From positions 1,302,001-1,366,000 of the forward strand of contig JADEYG010000009.1 of assembly GCA_016906335.1 (NCBI GenBank): a stretch of DNA of 64,000 nucleotides, written 5' to 3'. Numbering within the stretch: the stretch's first letter is position 1; every line of letters begins with the position of its first letter. Source of the stretch: Novakomyces olei (lineage: Eukaryota). The notes beneath the pieces were generated by a model. It was not told the DNA's origin. It made no database searches and was given only the letters and a program-made list of their open reading frames with translations. Made by a program: the position numbers and the translations under genes. Of the stretch, positions 50,573-64,000 are shown in pieces.

Positions 50573-52202
50573 ATGGTCGACCTGACCGGCGAACAGCCCG
50601 ACTTTATTCCCGCCGAGGAGCTGCATCCTGTAAGTGATATGCCCCACCTCTAAATACGGCTCTCTATTTTCATTCAATATTCAATGGGCTTTTTTTGCTG
50701 TGTTTTGATTGAGAGTGTACAACGTTTGGCACATTTGAAGTGCTTTAAAGATCTCGAGTCTAATCTGCAATACTAACTGTCTCTTTAGCTGCATCCCGAT
50801 GTTATTAAAAAGTACGCTGGTGCATTTGTATGGAAATTAACATGGACAGGCAGGCCACAATTAACATTGGCACTATTGGCCACGTAGCACACGGCAAATC
50901 TACCGTAGTAAAGGCCATTTCTGGTGTGCTGACTGTTCGTTTCAAGAACGAGCTTGAGCGCAATATTACGATCAAGCTGGGATACGCCAATGCAAAGGTA
51001 CGTAAAACATTTAAGCCTCTTTTCGTGTCCCCCTTTAGTGTCCTGCTTACATCCAGATTTTCGTTGTAGAAGATCCAAACTGCCCTCGCCCTTTGCGCTA
51101 CCGCAGTCTGCCCTCTTCGGCTGCAGAACACCCTGACAGCAATGTCGAAGGCTACGGTGGCAAAATGAAGCTTGTCCGTCACGTTTCCTTTGTCGACTGT
51201 CCCGGGCACGACATTCTCATGGCGACTATGCTTAACGGTGCAGCAGTTATGGATGCCGCACTTCTCCTGATTGCCGGCAATGAGCCTTGTCCTCAACCGC
51301 AAACGAGTGAGCATTTAGCAGCTATTGAGATTATGAAGCTGAAGCACATTATTATCCTGCAAAACAAGGTTGATTTGATCCGTGAACAGCAAGCAGAAGA
51401 GCATTACCAAAGCATTTTGAAGTTTATCAAGGGCACAGTGGCGGATAATGCACCTATTGTCCCTATTTCTGCTCAGCTCAAGTACAACATCGATGCTGTT
51501 CTGGAGTACATTGTTAAAAAGATCCCTATTCCTGTTCGTGACTTTAGTGCACCCCCACGGCTCATCGTTATTCGTTCTTTTGATGTAAACAAGCCTGGGT
51601 CAGAGATTGATGAGCTAAAAGGCGGTGTTGCGGGCGGCAGTTTGCTTACAGGTGTCCTTCATTTAGGCGATGAAATCGAAATTCGCCCGGGCATTGTTAC
51701 AAAGGACAATGAAGGCAAAATTAGATGCCAGCCAATTTACTCACAAATCATTTCTCTTTTCGCAGAGCACAACAGCCTTAAATTTGCTGTTCCTGGAGGC
51801 CTTATTGGGGTCGGTACCCGTATTGATCCCACCTTGTGCCGTGCAGATCGTCTAGTTGGCCACGTTTTGGGTACAAGGGGCAATTTACCTGCAATTTTTA
51901 CGGAACTCGAGATCAACTACTTTTTACTCCGGCGCTTGCTGGGTGTAAAGACAATGGACAAGAAGCAAACAAAAGTCAGTAAACTGGCCAAGAATGAAGT
52001 GCTCATGGTAAATATCGGCAGCACTTCTACCGGAGGAAAGATCTTATCTGTTCGTGCTGATCTTGCCAAAGTTCAACTTACTCACCCTGCCTGCACCTCA
52101 GTGGGAGAGAAAGTTGCTCTCAGCCGGCGCATCGACAAACACTGGCGTCTGATTGGCTGGGCTCAAGTCATTGCTGGCACGACCCTGGATCCTGTGGCAT
52201 AG
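50573..52202 (+). CDS. GCD11: Translation initiation factor eIF2 gamma, 4 coding exons
   Basis: [65 protein letters not shown]. Confidence 0.97.
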
Positions 52203-52497
52203 TGGAGTTGTGAAATGATTACTAAAGTATAAAATTAGCCGGAATAAAATACCGTTTAAGAATTGTTGTGCCACGAGTTTACATGTGTTTTCAAAAGCTT
52301 TTACTCTCTTTTGCCAGCATTAGTATGTAATTACACAGATCAGATCACCGAAATCGTCTGTTTACGCAGTGACTAAAAAGAACAATGTTTGACAAAGTCG
52401 TGCGTGGTGGATGCAATGCTAGTAAGTTTATTACCCAATTACGCCTGTATTACGCCTGTATTTAACCCTAATCCCAATATCTATATATACCCTAACC

Positions 52498-54207
52498 CTA
52501 ATCAATAACTTCTAAAGCTGAGAAAGCGTTGATTGATCGCAGCGGTTGAGGTCGGGCCTCTCGACGCGGGACAAACTTCTTTTTCCCCCGTTTATCCTCG
52601 CTCTCAGTAGAAACGATGCGGTCGTTTTCAACCCGGCACAGTTCGCACTGTTCGGCGAGCTGTAAATTTGCCACGTGAGCCTGTAGAGGCATCCGCAGCT
52701 CATTCAGTGTATTCTCCAGTGCAGATGCTGGACCAGGCAGGACGTCTAACATTACCCACGCATTCTCATGAGCATCCCAGTGCGAAGAGAGCTCCAGACC
52801 TTCAAGCGCTGGAGTCTGCCGGACAAGGTTTGCCAGCTCAATGTCCAGTCGGCTCTGCATTAGCCCGACACGAACACTACGTAGGATAAACGCATTATAC
52901 TTGAGCCGATTGGCAGAGGACTGTTGGGGGAGAAGCTCTCCTGAACCAGTCTTGCGGCCATTGAGAAGCACACCGGCAAGACGTGCCTGGTAAGCCTTGT
53001 CGAGACTTGATTTTGGTAAAATGAGCGTCTTTGTTTTGTAGACACTCACGCATCTAAAGGGCTCTGGGTCCACTGATTCGCTCCCGAGTCCAAAGGATTC
53101 TGCCAATAAATGAGCAAACCGCCGATAATAAGGCTTCATGGGCCGCATTACCATCGCCCTTCGATCGCTCTCTGCAAAATTGAGAAACTGCTGTTCGATT
53201 CCACGGCAGATATCCCGTGAGTCTTTGCCTGAGCCAAACATTTCCATAATTTCGTCGCCAAAACATTGGCTAGACGGAGGGAGGCCGGTAGTACTAGTAC
53301 TAGTATTAGTACCAGTATTAGTATTAGTATTAGTACTAGTATTAGTACTAGTACTAGCAGCAGCAGTACTAGTACTAGCTTTACTAGTCCCACTAGTATC
53401 GTTATTCGTATTACCAGTATTACCATTACCAGTACAAGTATTGTCAGTATTACCAGCTGGCCGGCCGGCCAGGATGCTAAAAGCCTCGTTTAGCCGAGTC
53501 CTCCTTTGCTCGGCAGCGCAAACGGAATTGCACTCTACTTTACCCTTACTTGCCTCTACTTGGGCACAGGGAACTCGTGCTCTGAGAGTTCCACAGGCAC
53601 AGCAAGGCACCTCCACTATAACCCTGCAGCAATTTTGGTCTGTTTCACAGGTAAAAGGAGCGTGGCAAGGCAGCTGGCACGAGTGCCCACAGCCTTTACG
53701 CACTTTCCCACAGACTTGGCGGCAATCACGTCCGTCATTTCCCTCTACTCGGCAATCGCCAGAGTGGCAAAGTCTCTGGCAGGTATGGAATCCGCAGGAC
53801 AAGGCCCTTCCACAGCGCTGGCCACAGGAAACGCTTTCCCTCGGCCTCCAGCAGCCGATATTGCTGACCCGCTGCCGTCCACAGGCACACAGTTTCTCTG
53901 CCAGGTGTGGACATGGAGGGCACGATTCCGTGGACGGATGGCACTTGTGTGGCACAGGCTCGTGTCCACAATTCGAGGCCGTTTGGCAGGGGAAAGGGCA
54001 GTCTGGAACAGCGTTTGATCCACAGGGAATTGGTGGCATTATACTCGTGCGGCCACAGGCACAGGTCACTTCTTCAAAAGACGCATGCACACAAGTGCCA
54101 CACTGACCCCTGTGGCAAAGCCTGTCGCAATAATGGTTTCCACACTGTAACAAACGGCCACAAGGTCGTGTACATATATGCTCAGACTCGTAGTCGGCAA
54201 GGGTTTC

Positions 54208-54251
<44 letters not shown>

Positions 54252-56895
54252 GATTATTATTATTATTATTATTATTATCATTATTATTATTATAATAATT
54301 ATTATAATTATTATTCCTTTTTCCTTTTCTTGTCTGGGCAATCCTTTGCCTGCCTTTAACGAACCCGGAACAGCACCGCTGCCGGCACTGGTGCCGTCCA
54401 CAGTGCATCAGTGTCCCACACGACCGATTGCAAAGCAGAGTGCTGTCTTGCTCACTTGAGCAGACAACTGCTTCGAACAAATTGGCTCCACACTGGCACG
54501 AGCAGGTCACACGTTCCTCGCAAGGCCCACAGGGCCCCGTATGGCATTTCCGGCGGCACAAGTGTCCGCACTTTGGGAGCAGTCGCCCACACTCGCTGTC
54601 GCAAGTGCCAATGGCGTCAGTGCAGGACTGCCTCTGCGCTATTTTGTGCATTTCCACTCGGCCACAGGGGCATTTAGTGATTCGGCTTGGGTCTAATGGA
54701 CAAACTGCCAGTCCGAGTTGCGTGTGAGGATGGCACCGTTGCCTGCAGCGGTGCTGGCCACAGGCAAAGGGGCGGTCACACGTGGTATAACAGTCCCAGT
54801 AGCCGGTAAATTGTATTGCACTAGTATCAGTACTAGTACTAGTAGTATTTGTATTAAGATTAGTACTAGTATAAGTACTGATAATAGTACTAGTGTCAGT
54901 CCTAGTGTCAGTCCTAGTGTCAGTACTAGTATCAGTACTAGTATCAGTACTAGGATTAGTACTAGGATTAGTACTAGGATTAGAACTAGTGTCAGTACAA
55001 GTGTCAGTCCTAGTGTCAGTCATAGTGTCAGTACTAGTATTAATACTAGTGTCAGTACTAGAACTAGCATCAGTAATAGTATCAGTAATAGTATCAGTAC
55101 TAATACCAGTACTAGGATTAGTACTAGTATTAGTACTAGTATTGATACTATTGTCAGTACTAGTATCAGTACTAGCACTGGTTGAGCAAGTGCCAGTTGA
55201 ATCAGCCTGGCGGATTGCCATTTTGTCGTTTGTCTCCATTTGCACGTCATTCTCACAGACTTGCTCTACGCCTTTACTAAACCCTGCATAATCATCCAGT
55301 AGGCTGGCCATAGTATCCTCCTTGCGAGGCTCATTGCAGACTGCAATTCCACAAACCTCCTCACGGCCAAACACGTCCAGGCTTTGTTGGGGAGCAGTTT
55401 GCTCGTAGCAGGCCATATCCCTTGTTTTCCGTCCGCAGTAGCATTTTACAGGCTCAGCTACCCTGCACACTCCGCAAGAGCCGCTATGGCAAACTCGGGG
55501 GCACTTGTGCCGTCCACAGGGCATCTTGTCCGCACAAACTGTCCCACAGGAAAAAGAGCCAAAAGAGCCAGGGCCGGATCCTTCTTCCCTACTGTACACA
55601 GTCTCCGTACAGGGTTTTTGAGCGCTGCTCCGGCCGCAGTGGCAGAACTGTACGGGGGACAGTTCCGTACAGGGCGGGCAGGGGCCCGCATGGCACTCTG
55701 CGGGACACGGGTGTGGGCAGCCAGCGGGTCTGCTCTTTCCGCAAATGCCTCCACAGGAATGAGGCAGGCCGAAATGACGTGAGCGATGTGGAGCAGCAGC
55801 CTCCTGCGTTTGTACAGGGTTTTCTACTCTCCCACACCAGCAGGTATAAGCCTGGGGCAGTACAGTGTTTGCGTCCTTGCACCCTGGGCATTTCCACTCA
55901 CCGAATCCATCTGCCTCGTGATCACGAAGCTTAGCACTGCTGTTTCCAGTGCTGCGCAAAGCCCAGTTGGATATACATTTCAGATGGAAGACAGCGAAGC
56001 AGCACCGGCAGCTCCATATTCTATGCTTTCTTCGAACTGGCTCACAGCAAATCATACACTCGTAAACACCAGTCGCAATCTCGTGCATGATCCGAGTACT
56101 CAGATCAGTACTGTGATTAGTACTGTTATTAGTACTGTTATTAGTACTGTGATTAGTACTGTGATCAGTACTGTAATCAGTACTCTGATCAGTACTCTGC
56201 TCTGCCGTCAAACCTGCCTTAAAGGTTCTGCTGCTGGTGAGCGTAGAGGCAGTAGGCTTGTCCCAGTGCCGTCGACGACGATTGCTCCGGACTTGCTGGT
56301 GCGTCAATTCCTGTATATTTAATGCGCCAGTGGGTTCGGTTTGAGCGTCTCTTGGTCGCGGCTCGTCTTTTGTTTGTACAATTTTAGTTGCTCCTTCCTT
56401 TTGTCCTCTTTTCTTTTGTCCTCTTTTCTTTTGTCCTCCTTCTTTTGATCCTCCCTGCTTCTCTCCTCTCCCTACTTGTCCTCTGTCCATTTGTTCTCTG
56501 TCCATTTGTTGTCCTTCTATTTGCTGTCCTTCCATTTGCTGTCCTTCCATTTGCTGCCCTTCTATTTGCTGCCCTTCTATTTGTTCTTTTATTCGTGCTC
56601 CATCTACTCTTGCTGCGCCTATACTATTCGCAACCCCACAATTTCGCGACCTGTTTTCTTTGGCTTTTGCGTGTATCGTCGCTGCACTGCCGTCCCCTGG
56701 TTCAGCGTTTGACAGCGGCCTCGTTGGCGACGAATCAGTTAAAGGCCGATCGCTGTTTTCGCCTGAATTTGTCTCTCTATCGGCCGCAGAATTTCTGGCT
56801 GTCTGTCGCCGACGCGGCCGACGCGGACGGCTGTTGTGCACAGGTCTCGCCCGCTCAGCGGGAGCAGCCAAAGACACTGCTTCTCCATGGCTCAT
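52498..56895 (-). CDS. FAP1: NF-X1/Shuttle craft/Fap1 protein (RING-like finger, multiple NF-X1 zinc fingers, R3H domain) with repeat-derived insertions
   Basis: YECMICCE...IWSCRCCFAVFHLKCISNWA...WKCPGC, repeated CGxHxCxxxCHxGxC, R3H-like PMKPYYRRFAHLLAESFGLGSESVDPEPFR. Confidence 0.92.
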
Positions 56896-57727
56896 ACCGA
56901 AGGACTCTAGTCGAGTCTGGATAAGGCGAATCTGGATAATTTTTAGTTTCTTTTACAGTTGTATAGCAATAGATAACGCAAAGTTGCGTATATATATACT
57001 AAATACCCTCGAATTATGTCATGGTTGAACGTGTAGAGGGTTAGGGTTTATAAGTACAGTGCGGTGCCTATGATCGGCGTTTGCCTCTCTAAATCGTGTC
57101 GATGATAAATTGATATTAGACTGGTCTGTTGTGGATAAGCTTACTATCAAAAAGACAGAGTTACTCGCAGTGCCGCTAAATTTTGGCCGCACGAGCACTG
57201 ATAATTTTACATTATTGTTACAGTCACATTATCGTTTACAATAACATTATCACTTACAATATGTCTATAACCCACAAAAGCCTACAACTGACAATAAACT
57301 ACGACAAATATGCCACCAACATATAACAAACCAAAATAGACTCGTGAAAAATAGATTCGTGAATTAAAGTGCCAATCAAACTGTCGAAGACCGTAAAAGC
57401 CGAGAGTCTGAGACTCGCGTAGATTTGATGGGAAACGACCGAGTTGGCTGTCGAATATCGATTGTACTCTGCCAGCTGGACACGTTGTCTCCACGCCCAT
57501 ATATATTTTATCTGAACGACGAGAAGATCACGTGACCCAAATTATAATTATAATTCAGGGTTTTCTAGTTGCTACAGCGACAGTGACTGTACAAGTAAAC
57601 AATAAACAAATATACAAATATTTACGCGATAACAGATCCATTTATTTCGCGACAATAAAGAGGCCGCCAGCGTAAACGCCGTGCAACAAAAGACCCGATA
57701 GTAATAGGCATTGCCAAACCAAGGCAG

Positions 57728-60700
57728 ATGCCTGTCAACACCAATGCCACGGCTGGATCGGCTCGCTCTGTGCCGAGACCGTCCAGCCGAACATCAGGCA
57801 CAGCCTCAGCGCGAGCGCCTTTGGCTCGATCTTCTTCGCGACAAGGAACCAGTGTTGCAAGGCCACCTTCTCGCCAATCCTCGGCCACTCATACAGTCCG
57901 CAGTGCAGGCAACAGCACTAGTCAAAGCGCCACCGCTTCCAGCGGCCATCGTGCAGCTGCTGCCAAAGCTACAGCGAGCCAAAGCTCAGCGTCAGGATCA
58001 GCTGGTGCTGGAGGCAATGACGCTGAGGGTGCAATCGATCGGGAGACAAACATCAGTGTCGTCGTCCGCTGCCGAGGCCGAAATGACCGCGAAGTCAAGG
58101 AGAACGCTGGCGTGCTTGTCCACACGAGCGGGCCAAGAGGCCGCGAAGTCACAGTGCAGACAAGCCCGCTTTCCGTTCTGTCAAACAAGACTTATTCGTT
58201 TGACCGTGTATTCGGCCCAGAAGCCGATCAATCACTCGTTTTTGATGATGTTGCAGGGCCTGTTTTGAGCGAGGTACCTCTTGATTTTATTCTGTTTTAT
58301 TTTATGTTTATTTTATTATTCTATTATTCTATTATTCTATTATTTTATTATTTTTATAATTTTGTATTTTTGATGCCTGCTTTTACTATTTTCTTGTTAT
58401 GCTCCATGCTAATGTCAGGTCATCTCTGGGTTCAACTGTACAATATTCGCGTACGGTCAAACAGGGACGGGCAAGACGTATACTATGAGTGGCGATATAG
58501 CAGGTACTATGAGCACTATCGTCGACCAGGCAGGTATAATACCACGCACGCTTCATCGGCTCTTTCAGAAGCTGGAGGCGGAGAGCACAGAGTTCAGTGT
58601 CAAGGTCTCTTACATTGAGCTTTACAACGAGGAACTACGCGACTTGCTGGCGTACGAGGAGGACAAAAAACTTAAAATATATGATGATCATTCACGTAAA
58701 GGCGGGGTTATTATAAACGACATGGAAGAAACACTAATCAACAATGCTCAAGAGGGGCTCAAACTGCTGCAAACAGGAAGTTACAAACGGCAAGTGGCAG
58801 CAACAAAGTGCAATGATCTCTCTTCCCGGTCTCACTCTGTTTTCACGATTACCGTCCATGTGAAGGAGCAAACAGACGGGGAAGATATGCTGCGTATAGG
58901 CAAACTCAACCTTGTAGATCTCGCTGGATCAGAAAACATTGGCCGCTCAGGGGCAGAGAACAAACGTGCTAGGGAGGCAGGAATGATTAACCAGTCATTG
59001 CTAACACTGGGCAGGGTTATAAACAATTTAGTGGACCACAGTGCTCATATTCCCTACCGGGAATCAAAACTAACAAGGCTCCTGCAGGACTCGTTGGGCG
59101 GCAGAACTAAAACGTGTATAATTGCCACTATTAGCCCCTCCAAAGTCAACCTCGAGGAGACAATAAGCACTCTGGAATACGCAGCCAGAGCCAAAAATAT
59201 CCGCAATAAGCCGCAGTGCAACCAATTAATGACCAAAAAGACGTTGATAAAAGAATTTGTTATCGAGATTGAGCGACTCAAAGCCGATTTAGCCTCTACA
59301 AGGGCAAAAACCGGTGTCTTTATGACGCAGGAGAGCTACAAGGAGCTGACAGAGGGGAATGAGAGCAATAAATTGCTGGCAGAAGAGCAGGCGAGAAAGA
59401 TTGAGATGGTAGAGTCCTCTTTGCGTACTACTCGAGAGCAATTGGAGGCAGATTCGCAGCAGTTGCGCGATTTGAAACGCGTAAATGAGCGTACGGAAGC
59501 GCAATTGGTTGAGACGTCTGCGCAACTAGTTCAAACGCAAAAAGCTTTAGAGTCAACTGAAGCTCAGCTACACTCTGAAGCACAGGCGCGGCAGGTTTAC
59601 GAGACAAACGCTGCTACTCTGCAATCTGCCCTGACAGATTTGTCTGTGAATTATGAAGCGGCAGTACAGGACGTGTACGCTTTGCAGTCAAAGCTGGAGA
59701 GAAAAGGCAAAATTGAGGCCTCAACAGCGCAAATGTTTACTCATTTCAAGGCAGAAATGGCACAGTGTATCGGCCAAGTGCTGGCGAATGTCCGTGGCTA
59801 TGGCGACGCTTCTACTGCTGGTGCACGAGACCTTTGCCGGACAGTAGAGGCCCTTAGTGCCACTAAAACCGGCCATATCCAGAGTGTAGAAGCCACCTTG
59901 AAATCCGGATTGCAAGAGATTGAAAAGGCATGTCTGCATCACTTTAGCAGCCTTGAGAAGAGCAAAGGGGACGCGAGCAGTTTTATTTCCAGTCTGCAGT
60001 CTCTGCTCGAGTCGACCGGCCAACAGCTGCAAGGCCAAGTGCAAGAAATGGCCAAATCTACAGGCGAATCTGCCCAGCAAATTGCTGTTGCTGCTGGCCA
60101 GCTGCAACAGCAGACGCACAATGCCTACAGCGAGATTGGCCTTAATGTTCGACAGCTGTTTGAGGACACAAAGAGGCACATGGACGTGCAAGCAGCGGAT
60201 ATGGAACGGCTGAGGGACGCTCTTGTTGCGGGTACAAGCACAGCTGCCTCGGGAATAATTGCCTCTGCGAATGCAATGGACTCTGCCCTGCAAGACCATT
60301 CAAGGGCAGTTGAGCAGTCTACTGCGGAAATGATTGAGCAGATTGGAGCTATTGTTCAAGAGCAAATGCAGCAGCAACTGACCCGTGTGGCCAGTACTAT
60401 TGTGGCCAGTACTAGAGCTAAAACGGAGGCAGTTTGCCAGGATATTGGAAGGGTGGAGGAGAGATTTGTAGCCGGAACCGCCAACTGGTCTGGCCGGCAG
60501 CTAGCTTACTTGCGCAGAATGCAGACATTGAAGGGCGAGTTTAAGGAGCATATTGTAACTGCCGCTCAGCAGTCGGACAAGCAGGCAGTCCAGCTTCAGG
60601 CAAGTGCCGGAGCAGTTGAAGACTCGGCCGAAAAGTCGGCTAAAGAGCAGACTGCCCTTGTCCAGGGGAGAGTTGCTGCTTTGGCTCAGCTTGTTGCAAC

Positions 60701-61421
60701 GGCAGACGAAGCTCAAAAGGCAAACTACAGTGCAGATTTGGCCTCGGGCCAATCTGCACTGGCACTGAGCAAGACTGTGAATGCCAATGCCCTTGGAGGC
60801 CTCAGTGTTTGTGCTCAAGCAGCCGATGAAGGTATCGTCCGGATACTGGACGAAGCAGCTGGCCAGTCTGGCCGGGGCCAGGAGTTTTGTGAACGGGTGG
60901 CAAAGCAGCTGGTTTCGGCTGCTCATAGGGTAGAGGAGACAAAGGCTGAGGCCGATACGGTTACCGGGGCAACGCCGAGGAGAAGGACGTTTGCTGCAGT
61001 GCCAGAGTGCCGATTGCTATCCTGTCAAAGTGCAGTTGCTAATGGCCACAAAGCAGCAAGCCAGGAATCGCCAAGGACAGCAGCGCCTGAGCCGAGTTTA
61101 GACAGCCCTTTGAGGGAAGTAAGTGTGAATATTAGGCCACTGTCCTCGTTACCAAACTGCCATGAATTTGGGAACGACAGAGATGGCAGTGCTAGGATGA
61201 GCGATAGAGCAGCAGGAGAAACTGCCGATGGCGAAGACGATGAGCACGATGACGGAGTCGTGGGTGCAGCACAGTTTGTTGTCAACCCAAACAGAAGGAA
61301 GGCTGCTGCTTCGTCTATTCCTCTGTCTAAACGGACAGAGTCTATGGGTAAACTGCGAACTGGAACGGCCGCAGTTGGCCAGGAGAATGGGCCCATGCCG
61401 ATGCACCGGCGGTCGGGATAG
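57728..61421 (+). CDS. Kinesin-5 (BimC/Cut7/Kip1 family); intron 58274-58418
   Basis: NISVVVRCRGR, P-loop YGQTGTGKT, SSRSH, LVDLAGSENIGRSGA, HIPYRESKLTRLLQDSLGG, BimC box TGATPRRR. Confidence 0.96.
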
Positions 61422-61520
61422 GTTGTTTTATATATATATAATTTCGGTTCTGATTCACGACGTTTTTTTAAAAGTTTGCATGATTTGTGCCCGTAAATTG
61501 TGTAAATGCTCATTGACTGT

Positions 61521-61764
<244 letters not shown>

Positions 61765-61832
61765 ATAATTATAACCATATTCTTCAATTATCATCTGTTG
61801 ATCCCACTGCATTACTATAAACATGTTTTATA

Positions 61833-63120
61833 CTAAAGCCTGCTGACAAGCCGATGCTTGACTAAAAAGTCGGCGATTGCCTCAAAGTATCCTGGCTTTA
61901 TTACAGAATCGTTATGCATTCCGCCTTTAACAATGTAAAAGTCTTTACGGTCCAAAGGCACAGGACAGGTGGCAAAGAGCCTCTGCATTTGTACAGGGGG
62001 CACAATCTCGTCCAGTTCTCCTGACAAAAACAAGAAAGGCGGGCGCTTAAGGTTTCGAATAGCACGCTGGAATGTATTAGACTTTTATACAAAATATAGT
62101 AATTGCTTACCTCGCTCTCCCATTTCTCGTGGCACAGCACTGTAAAAGGACGTGCGAGTGGGAGCACGCTTGAATTAGTAAATGGGACATGATTCAATAA
62201 AGCCCTTTTCATTTTGACCTCTTTTCTCTAAACATTTTTGTTTTGACTTTTAATATAGAGTCTGCTTTCTGATTCTGATTCATTTCTTCACTTACACAGG
62301 TATCATATTCGCCATTGACGTAAACGTATTCTCTAGAATAATGCCAGCAACCTTGTCGGGATTGCGGGCAGCAAGAGCAATAGCAAGAGCGCCTCCAATA
62401 CTACTGCCATAAAGCACAATACGCGTATGGTCCACGTCTGACCGGGACCACAGATGGTCTAGGGCTGTCTGCGCATCATTGACGAGCCCTTTCTCTGAAG
62501 GCACTCCCGTGCTTTTGCCATACCTGATGTGAGCAACATGTCCATGGCTGATTTTATTTTATTTTATAAAAGTATTTTATGTCGGATTCAATTTCGCTCT
62601 TGACTTTTCGTCTATTTTTATCTAGTTTTGATTTTCCATTTTCGCTTTATTTGCGTCATACCCCCGATAGGACAAGAGAAACACGTTTGCTCCGATTGGA
62701 TAGCTGTTTAGCGTACGTGCAATAGGCAGTCTGTGACCGATATTGCCCCCGTTCCCATGTAAAAGCAGAATAGTCGGCGCGTCACGACGCGTAGATGAGC
62801 CTATAAAATAGCACGGAAGCCTCTCATGGTCGGGTGTGGTCAATGTAACCAATTCGTACCGCAAGCCGAAAGCGTCTGAATACCATAAGAATTTGGAATC
62901 ACGCCAGCAAGGACCCTACCTGGCGTATCGACCTGGGTTCGTGATCCAGCGGGAAAGTTTGCAGGGTAGATAAGGCTCGCTTGAAAAGTGTACAGTAGCC
63001 CGACAGTGAGCGACAGAGCTTTGTGTATTAACAAAAAGATGCTTATTTGTACATTTAAGTTTATTCATGAGCCAACTTACCTGCGGCCGATCCAACTGCT
63101 AGCTTGTAAACAACGGACAT
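61833..63120 (-). CDS. BEM46: Bem46/ABHD13 alpha/beta hydrolase, multi-exon
   Basis: YTFQASLIYP, HGNGGNIGHRLP, SYRGY|GKSTGVPSEKG, YGSSIGGA, ILENTFTS, FLSGELDEIVP, GMHND. Confidence 0.92.
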
Positions 63121-63241
63121 TCTGGATTACAAATCGCTGTTTGCCGATTAAACAGTTTTGCATGTGCCCAAGGGTAAAGTCGTCCCCGTATTATGTGCCG
63201 CCGTCATGTCATCAAAGCGGAGTCGACGAGGAGTCCAGCGA

Positions 63242-63640
<399 letters not shown>

Positions 63641-64000
63641 TACCGTTCTACTGCTGCGCCCGCCCGCTACGACGGCCAGATCGCTCACAAAACAAGGCCA
63701 AGCGCGGGTCGTAAAGCCCTGCAGCAAAGTGTGCGCGCTGATCTGATTTGCAAAAAGCAGTCAGTTACGTTTTTAGCGCTTTGCAATTCCAATTTCGACA
63801 GCTCTACGAACCAATTACATTCGACGGCAATGTGGACACTCTCTTGTTTGGACGCTTAGCGTGGCCAGTCCGCTGCCGCCGCTATAGTCTGCATTGCTGC
63901 TGGACTGTTTGCCTTTTACACAGTGGCGATTGCAAGAGAATTGTTTATTTAATTGGAAAAGCACAGTGTTCCGCTTGGGCCATGAGTTTCCCTCCTCCGT

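Noticed and set aside
53138-56924. Long plus-strand ORFs opposite NF-X1
   Set aside because: Antisense readings of Cys-rich and hexamer-repeat coding sequence

Overview
Gene-dense eukaryotic DNA from an ascomycete fungus. It has short GT-AG introns with CTRAY branch sites and AT-rich intergenic spacers. The gene content (mitochondrial EF-Ts, eIF3m, Bem46, a KDEL-ending cyclophilin B) fits a non-Saccharomyces, possibly Taphrinomycotina-like lineage; this is inference. About 25 mostly housekeeping genes are recognisable: enolase, Rpt4, AICAR transformylase, Yip3, AP-2 sigma, Tsc13, eIF3m, a cation/Ca exchanger, an amidase, condensin kleisin, mL41, Rpb11, 5'-nucleotidase, inositol polyphosphate kinase, Rrp9, Pre1, Rsa4, Rcy1, MPC1, EF-Ts, INSIG, cyclophilin B, a Big1/Voa1-like protein, eIF2-gamma, NF-X1, kinesin-5 and Bem46. 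The unusual part is 41.9-47.3 kb, a tandem array of three intronless 300-aa SMI1/KNR4 (SUKH) genes separated by long (TAT)n microsatellites. The copies are almost identical apart from nonsynonymous patches, and the middle copy is a recombinant of the outer two. The junctions of copies 2 and 3 look like a scar in which the neighbouring INSIG coding region is almost exactly missing. Other oddities are very long (AAT)n tracts in promoters, a start codon split by an intron (MPC1), a 7-fold tandem TATA-box repeat, loss of zinc-knuckle cysteines in eIF2-gamma, several in-frame repeat expansions in NF-X1, and recurrent telomere-like AACCCT boxes in promoters. Exon boundaries were read by eye and are predictions.
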